Below are positions 1-8,899 of a stretch of 64,000 nt of DNA, one piece after another. Every line of letters starts with the position of its first letter. Position 1 is the stretch's first letter. Both the position numbers and the translations under genes were made by a program. The notes under the pieces are model-generated. The model was not told the origin of the DNA. It worked only from the letters and a program-made list of their open reading frames with translations, and searched no databases. This stretch comes from Flavobacteriales bacterium. GTDB taxonomy: Bacteria > Bacteroidota > Bacteroidia > Flavobacteriales > CAJXXR01. The stretch covers positions 1,152 through 65,151 of the forward strand of contig JBMYYR010000002.1 in assembly GCA_049609625.1 (NCBI GenBank). The letters run 5' to 3'.

Positions 1-2
1 TG

Positions 3-128
3 GGAACTCAAGCACGTATAGACATCGAAAAATTCTTGAACAAAAAAGTATTTCTCGAAACTTTTGTGAAAGTCAATAAAAATTGGCGAGAAAACGAAAA
101 TCAACTCAAACGTTTTGGCTATCAATAA
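3..128 (+). CDS. era: GTPase Era, C-terminal fragment (gene starts upstream of the window)
   Basis: The frame open from the window edge translates to [41 protein letters not shown]. This resembles the KH-domain C-terminus of Era, and era-der synteny is common. Confidence 0.65.
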   Translation, partial: GTQARIDIEKFLNKKVFLETFVKVNKNWRENENQLKRFGYQ

Positions 129-152
129 ACCTAGCCTGAAAAAGAAAAAAAT

Positions 153-1457
153 ATGTCAAATATTGTAGCCATTGTTGGTCGACCAAACGTCGGGAAATCA
201 ACACTTTTTAATAGACTAACCCAAACCAGACAAGCGATTGTCGATGAGTTTAGTGGTGTAACACGTGATCGCCATTATGGCAAATCGGAATGGAACGGAA
301 TGGTGTTTTCGCTCATTGATACGGGCGGTTATGTTCAGGGTTCTGAAGATATTTTTGAATCCGAAATCAGAAAACAAGTCGATTTAGCGATAGACGAAGC
401 TCAACTCATTCTTTTTGTGGTTGATGTAACGGCTGGCGTGGTTGATTTGGATACGGCTGTTTCTCGTATGCTGCGAAAAATCGACAAACCTGTGCTTTTG
501 GTTGTTAATAAAGTAGATAATGGGCAGCGTTTGATTGAAGCCAATGAGTTTTATTCTTTAGGTATGGATGAGTTTTTTCCGCTGTCTTCCATCAACGGAA
601 GTGGAACAGGAGAATTGCTCGATGAGATCACCAAACTTTTACCAAAAGATTTGGATGTTTTAGATTCCGAACTGCCAAGAGTAACCTTAATTGGACGTCC
701 GAATGTGGGAAAATCTTCTTTTTTGAATGCACTTATCGGAAAAGAAAAAAACATTGTAACCGACATTGCAGGAACAACAAGAGATTCGCTTGATGTGGAG
801 TATAATATGTATGGTCATAATTTTATTTTAGTTGATACGGCCGGAATACGTCGAAAAAGCAAAGTAGCCGAAGACCTTGAATTTTATTCGGTTATGCGTT
901 CCATCCGAGCCATCGAAAACTCGGATATTTGCTTAGTGATGCTTGATGCTTCGCGTACTTTGGATGCGCAAGATATTAGTATTTTTCACCTCGCTGAACG
1001 TAATGAAAAAGGCGTTGTGGTTTTGGTAAATAAATGGGATTTAGTTGAAAAAGAAACCAATACGATTCGAGATTATGAAAACATGATTCGAAAGCGTTTG
1101 GCGCCTTTTACCGATTTTCCGATTTTGTTTATTTCGGCACTAACCAAACAACGGATTCACAAAGCTATTCAGGAAGTTTTGGCGACTTATGAGCGTAAAA
1201 ACACAAAAATTCCGACGAGTCAGCTTAACGATTTCTTCCTGCCCATCATACAGCGTTATCCGCCACCAGCCATCAAAGGAAAATATATTCGAATAAAATA
1301 CGTCACGCAATTACCAACTTCGGTGCCTTCGTTTGCTTTTTTCTGTAACCTTCCTCAATACATCAAAGAACCATATAAACGATTCTTAGAGAATAAGTTA
1401 CGGGCAAATTTTGATTTCTCAGGCGTGCCAATCCGATTATTTTTTAGAAAAAAATAA
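153..1457 (+). CDS. der: Ribosome-associated GTPase Der/EngA (tandem GTPase domains)
   Basis: Two P-loops (GRPNVGKST and GRPNVGKSS), two DTxG motifs (DTGG, DTAG), two NKxD motifs (NKVD, NKWD) and a KH-like C-terminus. Length 434 aa. Confidence 0.95.
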   Translation: MSNIVAIVGRPNVGKSTLFNRLTQTRQAIVDEFSGVTRDRHYGKSEWNGMVFSLIDTGGYVQGSEDIFESEIRKQVDLAIDEAQLILFVVDVTAGVVDLDTAVSRMLRKIDKPVLLVVNKVDNGQRLIEANEFYSLGMDEFFPLSSINGSGTGELLDEITKLLPKDLDVLDSELPRVTLIGRPNVGKSSFLNALIGKEKNIVTDIAGTTRDSLDVEYNMYGHNFILVDTAGIRRKSKVAEDLEFYSVMRSIRAIENSDICLVMLDASRTLDAQDISIFHLAERNEKGVVVLVNKWDLVEKETNTIRDYENMIRKRLAPFTDFPILFISALTKQRIHKAIQEVLATYERKNTKIPTSQLNDFFLPIIQRYPPPAIKGKYIRIKYVTQLPTSVPSFAFFCNLPQYIKEPYKRFLENKLRANFDFSGVPIRLFFRKK

Positions 1458-1543
1458 GCTTAAAAATTCATTATTATTCAAAACAAAATCATTTTTCAAA
1501 AAAAAAATAGAATGCTTTTGTTTTAATTTATTGAATTTTACCT

Positions 1544-1551
1544 TAAATTTG
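1544..1551 (+). promoter_or_regulatory. Candidate Bacteroidota sigma-A -7 box (TAAATTTG) upstream of rpmE
   Basis: Matches the TAnnTTTG consensus, 27 nt upstream of the ATG at 1578. The -33 element is not convincing. Confidence 0.3.
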
Positions 1552-1577
1552 CAGACTTGAAAAAATAATTTTCTATT

Positions 1578-1823
1578 ATGAGAGAAGGAATTCACCCAGA
1601 GAACTACAGATTAGTTTGTATGAAAGACATGTCTAACAACGAGACTTTCATTACCAAATCTTGTGCAGACACCAAAGAAACTATCGACATTGATGGAACA
1701 GAGTATCCATTAATTAAGTTAGAGATTACGGCATCTTCGCATCCGTTCTATACTGGAAAAACGAAACTAATCGATACGGCAGGTCGTATCGACAAGTTCA
1801 AAAATCGCTACAAGCGTAAGTAA
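1578..1823 (+). CDS. rpmE: 50S ribosomal protein L31, type B (no CxxC zinc motif)
   Basis: [10 protein letters not shown] start and SHPFYTGK motif. The CxxC pairs of zinc-binding type A are absent. Confidence 0.9.
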   Translation: MREGIHPENYRLVCMKDMSNNETFITKSCADTKETIDIDGTEYPLIKLEITASSHPFYTGKTKLIDTAGRIDKFKNRYKRK

Positions 1824-1870
1824 AAAACACGAGGTTTTTTATTCATTTTTATCAAACAATAGTAAACACT

Positions 1871-2212
1871 ATGAACCATTACGAAACTGTTTTCATTTTG
1901 AATCCCGTTTTGTCTGAAGAACAGACAAAGGAGGCAGTAGGTAAGTTTACAGATCTTTTAAAAGCAAAAGGATCCGAAATTGTAAACTTCGAAAAATGGG
2001 GGCTAAAAAAATTAGCTTACCCAATCCAAAGAAAAAACACTGGGTTTTACCACCTAGTTGAGTTTAAAGCAGATCCAACAACCATTGCGGTTTTAGAAGT
2101 AGAGATGAAGCGTGACGAAAAAGTTATGCGTTTCCTTACTGTGAAACAAGACAAGCATGCTGTTGATTACTCTGTTAGAAGAAGAGAAAAATTGTCTAAC
2201 AAGAAAAAGTAA
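1871..2212 (+). CDS. rpsF: 30S ribosomal protein S6
   Basis: [12 protein letters not shown]... is a typical S6 N-terminus, and the gene lies in S6-S18-L9 operon order. Confidence 0.95.
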   Translation: MNHYETVFILNPVLSEEQTKEAVGKFTDLLKAKGSEIVNFEKWGLKKLAYPIQRKNTGFYHLVEFKADPTTIAVLEVEMKRDEKVMRFLTVKQDKHAVDYSVRRREKLSNKKK

Positions 2213-2217
2213 ACAAC

Positions 2218-2484
2218 ATGGCACAAGGAGATATTCGTTATTTAACGCCATTGTCTATAGACACTGGAAAGAAAAAGAAATATTGTAGATTCAAACGATC
2301 AGGAATCCGCTATATTGATTATAAAGATTCAGATTTTTTATCTAAATTTTTGAACGAGCAAGGAAAAATTCTTCCAAGAAGAATTACAGGAACATCGTTG
2401 AAGTTTCAGCGTAAAGTTGCAAGAGCAGTAAAGCGTGCGCGCCAAATTGCTATTCTTCCTTATGTTACTGATTTAATGAAATAA
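2218..2484 (+). CDS. rpsR: 30S ribosomal protein S18
   Basis: The KKYCRF..IDYKD motif and LPRRITG segment are typical of S18, and the operon context agrees. Confidence 0.95.
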   Translation: MAQGDIRYLTPLSIDTGKKKKYCRFKRSGIRYIDYKDSDFLSKFLNEQGKILPRRITGTSLKFQRKVARAVKRARQIAILPYVTDLMK

Positions 2485-2496
2485 ACCGAAACAGTC

Positions 2497-2952
2497 ATGG
2501 AAATAATTTTAACAAAAGATGTTGCTCATTTGGGCTTCGCAGATGATGTTGTTCAGGTAAAAAACGGCTACGGAAGAAACTATCTTATTCCTCAAGGTTT
2601 TGCTAAATTGGCTACGCCACAGGCAAAAAGCCAACTTGAAGAAATGCTTAAACAACGTGCGTTTAAAGAGCAAAAAGTGGTTGAAGAAGCCAAAGCAATT
2701 GCGGCTAAACTTTCAGAACTTGAAATCAAATTAGCTTCAAAAGTAGCTAAAGGGTCAAACAAATTATTCGGTTCGGTTACAACAATCGATATCGCTAAAT
2801 TTCTTGACAAGAACTCAATTTCTATTGATAAAAAATTCATCACTATTCAGGGTGGATCTATCAAAGCTTTAGGAAAATACAACGCAAAAGTACGTTTACA
2901 CAGAGAAGTTATTAGTGAAGTAACGGTAGAAGTTATCGAAGAAACTAAATAA
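2497..2952 (+). CDS. rplI: 50S ribosomal protein L9
   Basis: MEIILTKDV..LG..G..V.VKNGYGRNYLIPQG is a conserved L9 N-terminus. Confidence 0.95.
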   Translation: MEIILTKDVAHLGFADDVVQVKNGYGRNYLIPQGFAKLATPQAKSQLEEMLKQRAFKEQKVVEEAKAIAAKLSELEIKLASKVAKGSNKLFGSVTTIDIAKFLDKNSISIDKKFITIQGGSIKALGKYNAKVRLHREVISEVTVEVIEETK

Positions 2953-2976
2953 GCACTCTAAGCTTTTATAAACACA

Positions 2977-3016
2977 AAAGCCGATATTGGATAAAACCAA
3001 TATCGGCTTTTTTTTT
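2977..3016 (+). terminator. Rho-independent terminator after rplI
   Basis: Perfect 14-bp stem (aaagccgatattgg / ccaatatcggcttt) with a 6-nt loop, followed by a T-run. Confidence 0.7.
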
Positions 3017-3150
3017 GTTTAGTATTTTGTATTTAATTTTTTAGTACCTTGTCATCCATTAAAGTCGCCTCATTCAATATAACAATCCCTTTGTTTGACA
3101 AGCTTTTTTTATTTTTTTAGTTTATTTACAACCTTTTAAATCTTTTTTTT

Positions 3151-3531
3151 ATGCAGATTAACACCAAACTATCTCCACGTTTCATTTCTTTAGCTGCGAG
3201 CTTAATACTTGTTCTAAGTGCCTGTACAAACGACAATAAAACTGATGAATTTGAAGATTGCGAACCCGAAAACATTTCATTTACCAACGACATTATCCCC
3301 ATTTTTGAATCCAAATGCTTGGGCTGTCATAGCGGCTCTGATCCTTCTGGTGATATTGACCTAAAAGACTTTTCGACGGTCGAAACTCTAGCCAGCGAAG
3401 GCCGATTGCTTAGCGCCATCAAACAACAAAGCTATTACCCGATGCCGCCAGCAGACAACGGCACACCTCTATCTGATTGTCATATCGAAACCATTAAAAC
3501 TTGGATCAATGAAGGTACTAAAGACAACTAG
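3151..3531 (+). CDS. Small lipoprotein with one c-type heme-binding motif (PSCyt1-like cytochrome c domain)
   Basis: Lipobox LVLSAC, CLGCH (CxxCH) motif, and an MPP...LS..I..I..WI..G tail typical of the planctomycete-type cytochrome c domain. Confidence 0.6.
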   Translation: MQINTKLSPRFISLAASLILVLSACTNDNKTDEFEDCEPENISFTNDIIPIFESKCLGCHSGSDPSGDIDLKDFSTVETLASEGRLLSAIKQQSYYPMPPADNGTPLSDCHIETIKTWINEGTKDN

Positions 3532-4384
3532 TCTATTTTTCTTTTTGTCCTCAATGGCGTTCGGACAAAGCCTAAAAGAGCGTTTAAACGCCGACAAAGA
3601 ACAAGAAACACAAACGGTGCAATCCACGTTTAAAAGCACACGAATTGTAACCGCTCAATCTACCCGAACTTTAGCAAAAGGACTGTTAGATTTCAGAATG
3701 TCTCATCGCTTTGACCAGATTGATGGCGGATTCTATGACCTTTTTGGTTTAGACAATGCTCAGGCTCGTTTTGCTTTCGATTACGGACTGACGGATGACC
3801 TTATGATTGGCTTTGGAAGAAGTTCATACAACAAAACCTATGACGCCAACATCAAATATAGAGTTCTGAAACAAGAGGTTGGAGAAGGAAACACTCCTGT
3901 AACTTTGGCTTGGAATTCTATGATGGAATTGCAATCTGTAAAGCAAGCCGAAGATGACTTTCCTTTTTCGGGACGTTTAGCTTATGCGCATCAGTTGATG
4001 ATTGCAAGAAAATTCTCAAAGAAACTATCTGTTCAACTTACACCAACCATTGTACATTTTAATTTAGTGGAAGTTCCCGAGCAAGAAAACACACGCTATG
4101 CGCTTGGTACAGGGTTTAGGTATAAATTATCTAACCGAGTCAGTCTAAATGCTGAATATTATTATCGGATGAACCCCGATGATTTAGAAGGCTTAGGTCT
4201 CAGTAAAAATAGAAACGCGATTGCCATTGGTTTTGATATAGAAACTGGCGGACACGTATTTCAGCTGCATTTCACAAACTCAAGAGCCATGACAGATGCC
4301 TCATATATTGATCGAACTCGTGGCGATATTAGTGAGTCTGGCATCTATTTTGGATTCAACTTTACCAGAACGTTTAAACTCTAA
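3509..4384 (+). CDS. Predicted outer-membrane beta-barrel protein (DUF5777-like), function unknown
   Basis: Signal peptide MKVLKTTSLFFFLSSMAFGQ, alternating-hydrophobicity strands, and a C-terminal aromatic strand (YFGFNFTRTF). Overlaps the upstream gene by 23 nt. Confidence 0.5.
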   Translation: MKVLKTTSLFFFLSSMAFGQSLKERLNADKEQETQTVQSTFKSTRIVTAQSTRTLAKGLLDFRMSHRFDQIDGGFYDLFGLDNAQARFAFDYGLTDDLMIGFGRSSYNKTYDANIKYRVLKQEVGEGNTPVTLAWNSMMELQSVKQAEDDFPFSGRLAYAHQLMIARKFSKKLSVQLTPTIVHFNLVEVPEQENTRYALGTGFRYKLSNRVSLNAEYYYRMNPDDLEGLGLSKNRNAIAIGFDIETGGHVFQLHFTNSRAMTDASYIDRTRGDISESGIYFGFNFTRTFKL

Positions 4385-4388
4385 AATT

Positions 4389-4931
4389 ATGAAAGCCTTT
4401 ATACTCGGATTAAGTACGCTTATTTGCTTTCAATTTTCTGATGCTCAGATTGTTGAGTTTTCTGAAAGTGAAACTAAATTTTATTCTTACACGCTTATCG
4501 AAGACATTGAGGCGGTTTCGGACAAAGCGAGCGGACTTATTAGTTTGGATCAACAAGAATTTTATTTTGAAGTGCCTATCATTTCATTCGATTTTGAAAA
4601 AGATTTAATGGAAGAGCATTTCAATGAAAATTATATGGAATCGGAAGAATATCCAACAGCTAGTTTTGAAGGCAAAACGACGAGCCAAATCAACCTAGAT
4701 TCTAATGATACTTATACATTTTCTGGAACATTAACGATTCATGGTGTAGCGAAAAAACGAGATATTACAGTCAGATTGACAAAAAACGACGAGGGAGAAA
4801 TAGAACTTAACTCAAGCTTCAAGGTAAAATTAGTAGATCATAAAATCAAAATACCAAAAGTTGTTTTTGCCAACATAGCTGAAGTTATTGACGTTTCTAT
4901 TAAAGGTAAAATGGTACTGTCTAAGAACTAA
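4389..4931 (+). CDS. YceI-like periplasmic/lipid-binding family protein
   Basis: The internal ATG at 4389 gives the signal peptide MKAFILGLSTLICFQFSDAQ. Motifs EEHFNENYMESEEYPTASFEG and GTLTIHGVAKKRDI are YceI-like. The track ORF start at 4296 overlaps the upstream gene and was rejected. Confidence 0.7.
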   Translation: MKAFILGLSTLICFQFSDAQIVEFSESETKFYSYTLIEDIEAVSDKASGLISLDQQEFYFEVPIISFDFEKDLMEEHFNENYMESEEYPTASFEGKTTSQINLDSNDTYTFSGTLTIHGVAKKRDITVRLTKNDEGEIELNSSFKVKLVDHKIKIPKVVFANIAEVIDVSIKGKMVLSKN

Positions 4932-5073
4932 AAAGACTCAACTTGGATTTCTAAAATTGAGTCAAAAACAGTAAGCTTATAGGTCATCAAAGCCCAACTT
5001 TCAACAATTAATTCGCTCAAGTCTTTTCTGTCAACATTGAATATCTTAATTTTACGGGTTCAAACAGAAAAAC

Positions 5074-5970
5074 ATGTCGATAGAAGTTTCTTCATTACAT
5101 AAAAATTACGGCAATCAAAAAGCTCTTAAGGCTTTGGATTTCAAAATAGGGTCGAGCGAAATAGTAGGTCTGTTGGGCCCAAATGGTGCCGGGAAGTCGA
5201 CCTTGATGAAAATCATAAGTACGTATTTACCACAAAGCTCTGGCGAGGTTAAGGTTTGTGGTTTGAACACCGAAACCGACAGTTTCGAGATCAAAAAAAA
5301 CCTAGGCTATTTGCCCGAGCACAATCCCTTGTACCTTGATATGTATGTCAAGGAATACCTACAATTTATTGCCAAACTCTACCATTTGCCCAAGTCGAGC
5401 ATCGAGGAAGTGATCGAAATGACAGGCTTACAGAAAGAATACCGAAAGAAAATTCAGGCGCTCAGCAAAGGTTATCGCCAGCGTGTGGGGCTTGCTCAGG
5501 CACTTATTCATCAACCAAAAGTGTTAATTTTGGATGAGCCAACCACAGGCTTAGATCCTAATCAACTAGTTGATATTCGCGCACTTATTCGAAATGTGGG
5601 CAAAGAACGAACCGTCTTACTATCTACACATATCATGCAAGAAGTAGATGCCATTTGCGACCGTGTGATGATTATTAACCAGGGCGAACTGGTGGCCGAT
5701 GCGCCAACCGAAGACCTCAAACGCATCCAAAACAACGAAAAACGACTCAAAGTTGGCTTTCAGCACAAGGTTGACCTTCAGGATATCCAAAACATTTCTG
5801 GCGTAGAACATGCCGAGCGTATCAAAAACAATCAATGGCTGCTCCAAGTAGATCAGTCAGATGTGAACCAGAATTTATTTCAGTTTTGTGCCGACACCAA
5901 AAACTACCTCACACATCTCGAACTAGAAGACCGAGGTTTGGAAGCCGTTTTTCGTCAGCTCACTAACTAA
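5074..5970 (+). CDS. gldA: ABC transporter ATP-binding protein, GldA-like (gliding motility ABC ATPase)
   Basis: Walker A GPNGAGKST, signature LSKGYRQR and Walker B LILDEPTTGLD. The MSIEV... start and overall layout match my recollection of Flavobacterium GldA. The ABC ATPase call is secure, but the gldA orthology is less so. Confidence 0.7.
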   Translation: MSIEVSSLHKNYGNQKALKALDFKIGSSEIVGLLGPNGAGKSTLMKIISTYLPQSSGEVKVCGLNTETDSFEIKKNLGYLPEHNPLYLDMYVKEYLQFIAKLYHLPKSSIEEVIEMTGLQKEYRKKIQALSKGYRQRVGLAQALIHQPKVLILDEPTTGLDPNQLVDIRALIRNVGKERTVLLSTHIMQEVDAICDRVMIINQGELVADAPTEDLKRIQNNEKRLKVGFQHKVDLQDIQNISGVEHAERIKNNQWLLQVDQSDVNQNLFQFCADTKNYLTHLELEDRGLEAVFRQLTN

Positions 5971-5987
5971 TTTGACAAAAAAATATT

Positions 5988-8264
5988 ATGGGAAAACTAA
6001 AGAAAAAAGAAGCCCTTAGGTTTCATGAACAAGGACGTCCGGGCAAAATTGAAGTTGTCCCAACTAAAGGCCACAGTAGTCAGCGCGACCTTTCGCTTGC
6101 CTATTCGCCAGGCGTTGCTGAACCTTGTTTGGCCATCGAAAAAAAACCAGAAGACGCCTATCGCTACACCACCAAAGGAAATTTAGTTGCTGTTATTAGC
6201 AACGGGACGGCCGTTTTGGGTCTGGGAGATATTGGCGCACAAGCCTCCAAACCTGTCATGGAAGGTAAAGGCTTGTTGTTTAAAATATATGCCGATATTG
6301 ATGTGTTTGACATTGAAGTAGACCAAACCAACATCGACGATTTTGTGAAGACCGTAAAAGCCATTGCGCCTACCTTTGGCGGTATCAACTTGGAAGATAT
6401 TAAGGCTCCAGAATGTTTCGAGATTGAATCTCGATTGGTTGAAGAGCTTGACATTCCTGTGATGCACGACGATCAGCACGGCACGGCCATTATTTCGGCA
6501 GCGGCACTAATTAATGCCTGCGATTTGTGCGGAAAAGCCTTAGAAGACATCAAAATTGTGGTCAATGGCGCAGGTGCTGCCGCTATTTCTTGTACAAAAC
6601 TGTATGTGAGTTTAGGTGTCAAAAAAGAACATATTTTGATGTGCGACAGCAAAGGCGTTATTCGTACAAGCCGAACCGACCTTAACAAACAAAAACAAGC
6701 TTTTGCTCAAGACACCGCCATAGAAACACTGAGCGAAGCTTTGGCTGGCGCCGATGTATTTATTGGTTTATCAAAAGGTAATGTACTGAAAGATAGTGAT
6801 TTAATGAATATGGCGGATCAGCCGATTGTGTTTGCAATGGCAAATCCGACTCCAGAAATTGACTACGATTTGGCTCTAAGGACACGAAACGATGTCATTA
6901 TGGCAACCGGAAGATCGGATCATCCAAACCAGGTCAACAACGTTCTAGGTTTTCCTTTTATTTTCAGAGGAGCTTTGGACGTGAGAGCCAAAAAAATTAA
7001 CGAAGCCATGAAGTTGGCTGCCGTTAAGGCCATCGCCAGTTTGGCAAAAGCCATTGTTCCCGAGGAAGTTTTGATTGCTTATGGCGAACGTCATTTGAGT
7101 TTTGGAAAAGACTACATTATACCCAAACCCAATGATCCGAGACTGTTGGAAACCGTTGCTCCTGCCGTAGCCAAAGCTGCTATGGACTCTGGAGTAGCTA
7201 CACATCCGATAAAAAACTGGGACGATTATATTGCTCAACTTAATCGTCGTTTAGGTCGAGGAAATAAACTGATGGACAACATCAGCAACATTGCCAGAAG
7301 GCATCCAAAACGTGTGGTATTTACTGAAGCCGACACTTATACGGTTCTAAAAGCGGCTTATATTACCGAAGATGAGGGCTTTACGGAACCTATCTTGCTG
7401 GGAAGAACAGAAGCGATAGAAAACTTGATAGAACAGCATGGTTTTGAATTTCAGAACGCCGTGATTATAGACCCTAAAAGTCAGGAGGAACTCAGCCGAA
7501 AAAATCGCTATGCCGAACATCTGTTTGAAAAACGAAACCGCGATGGCATGACCTTGAGCAACGCCCAACGCTTGATGCGCGAACGAAATTATTTTGGAGC
7601 CATGATGGTAGAGCTCAACGAAGCCGACGCCATGATTTCGGGCCATAGCCGCTCTTACCCCGAAACCATTCGTCCAGCTCTTCAAACCATTGGCTTAGCC
7701 GAAGACGTGAGTCGGATTGCAGGTCTATATGTGATGAACACCAAAAAAGGGCCTCTATTTTTGGCAGACACCACCGTAAACACCAATCCAAGTGCCGAAG
7801 CATTAGCCGAAATCACCACCTTAGTTGCCGATTCTATCAAGCGTATGGGCATCAAGCCGCATGTGGCGATGCTGTCTTACTCTAATTTTGGATCGAGTAA
7901 AAGTCCAAATTCATTAAAAGTAAAACAAGCAGTGAGTTTATTGCATGAGCAACGTCCAGATTTAATTGTCGACGGAGAAATCCAACCAAATTTCGCCTGG
8001 AATAAAAAAGCTTTAGCTGAAAATTTCCCTTTTTCGGTTCTGAATGGAAAACGTGTAAATACCTTTATTTTTCCGAATCTCGAAGCAGGAAATATAGCTT
8101 ATAAAACCTTACAATCGGTTGGAGAAATTGAAGCTATTGGTCCAGTTTTACTTGGCTTAAAAAAATCGGTTCATATACTGTCTTTAGGCTGCAGTGTGAA
8201 CGATGTTGTTAATATGACCAGCATAGCTGTAGCTGATGCACACTCAAAACGAGAACGAAAATGA
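5988..8264 (+). CDS. maeB: NADP-dependent malic enzyme (malic enzyme domain fused to a phosphotransacetylase-like domain)
   Basis: 758 aa. N-terminus has LSLAYSPGVA and the VISNGTAVLGLGD.G signatures, and the C-terminal half is PTA-like. Confidence 0.93.
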   Translation: MGKLKKKEALRFHEQGRPGKIEVVPTKGHSSQRDLSLAYSPGVAEPCLAIEKKPEDAYRYTTKGNLVAVISNGTAVLGLGDIGAQASKPVMEGKGLLFKIYADIDVFDIEVDQTNIDDFVKTVKAIAPTFGGINLEDIKAPECFEIESRLVEELDIPVMHDDQHGTAIISAAALINACDLCGKALEDIKIVVNGAGAAAISCTKLYVSLGVKKEHILMCDSKGVIRTSRTDLNKQKQAFAQDTAIETLSEALAGADVFIGLSKGNVLKDSDLMNMADQPIVFAMANPTPEIDYDLALRTRNDVIMATGRSDHPNQVNNVLGFPFIFRGALDVRAKKINEAMKLAAVKAIASLAKAIVPEEVLIAYGERHLSFGKDYIIPKPNDPRLLETVAPAVAKAAMDSGVATHPIKNWDDYIAQLNRRLGRGNKLMDNISNIARRHPKRVVFTEADTYTVLKAAYITEDEGFTEPILLGRTEAIENLIEQHGFEFQNAVIIDPKSQEELSRKNRYAEHLFEKRNRDGMTLSNAQRLMRERNYFGAMMVELNEADAMISGHSRSYPETIRPALQTIGLAEDVSRIAGLYVMNTKKGPLFLADTTVNTNPSAEALAEITTLVADSIKRMGIKPHVAMLSYSNFGSSKSPNSLKVKQAVSLLHEQRPDLIVDGEIQPNFAWNKKALAENFPFSVLNGKRVNTFIFPNLEAGNIAYKTLQSVGEIEAIGPVLLGLKKSVHILSLGCSVNDVVNMTSIAVADAHSKRERK

Positions 8265-8869
8265 TCTATTTTATTGAAGGAAAAATCGAAGAACTAAGTC
8301 CGACCTTTGTGCTGATAAACACAAACGGCATTGGTTATGGTATTGAAATTTCGGTGCGCAGTGCCGAGCAATTGACCTTGGGCGACAAGGTTAAGCTATA
8401 TACCCAGCAAATTATTCGAGACGACGCTCATATATTATACGGATTCCACAACATTACCGAAAAACAATGTTTCAATATGTTGATAACCGTTTCTGGAGTT
8501 GGCGTCAACACAGCTCGTGTCATTCTGTCTTCCCTGTCGCCACAAGATGTGGTAGCCGCTATTTTGTATGACGATGTAAAGACATTTCAGAGTGTAAAAG
8601 GCATCGGAACCAAAACAGCACAACGTATTTTGGTGGATTTGAAAGACAAAGCGGCAAAATTTAATATCATACAAGATGTTGATAAAGAGCTTGTTGGTTC
8701 GTCAGAGAACATTGTTCATCCACATCAGTACAAACAAGAAGCACTTTCGGCACTCGAAACCCTTGGATTTAATTTAAATTTGGCGTCCAAAGCTATCGAT
8801 AAACTCTTGAAAACAGAAGCCATTAGCTCGGTCGAAGATTTAATTAAAAAAGCACTAGGCAGATTATAA
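8261..8869 (+). CDS. ruvA: Holliday junction DNA helicase subunit RuvA
   Basis: MIYFIEGKI... N-terminus and helix-hairpin-helix motifs (VSGVG, VKGIGTKTAQRI). ATGA overlap with the maeB stop. Confidence 0.93.
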   Translation: MIYFIEGKIEELSPTFVLINTNGIGYGIEISVRSAEQLTLGDKVKLYTQQIIRDDAHILYGFHNITEKQCFNMLITVSGVGVNTARVILSSLSPQDVVAAILYDDVKTFQSVKGIGTKTAQRILVDLKDKAAKFNIIQDVDKELVGSSENIVHPHQYKQEALSALETLGFNLNLASKAIDKLLKTEAISSVEDLIKKALGRL

Positions 8870-8899
8870 TAAGTTTCTTAAACTGCCGTTTACACCTGT

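Noticed and set aside
4296-4388. N-terminal extensions proposed by the ORF track for the YceI-like gene. The same applies to the GNAT (to 28203), thioredoxin-fold (28127), lipoprotein (30009), glutaminyl cyclase (46506, TTG), trxB (47675, TTG), FG-GAP protein (to 53788), beta-barrel-like (53875), methyltransferase (55215, TTG) and GDS-motif (20764) genes.
   Set aside because: In each case an internal ATG yields a proper signal peptide or the conserved family N-terminus. It also removes an implausible overlap with the neighbouring gene, and several extensions contain a TAnnTTTG promoter box.
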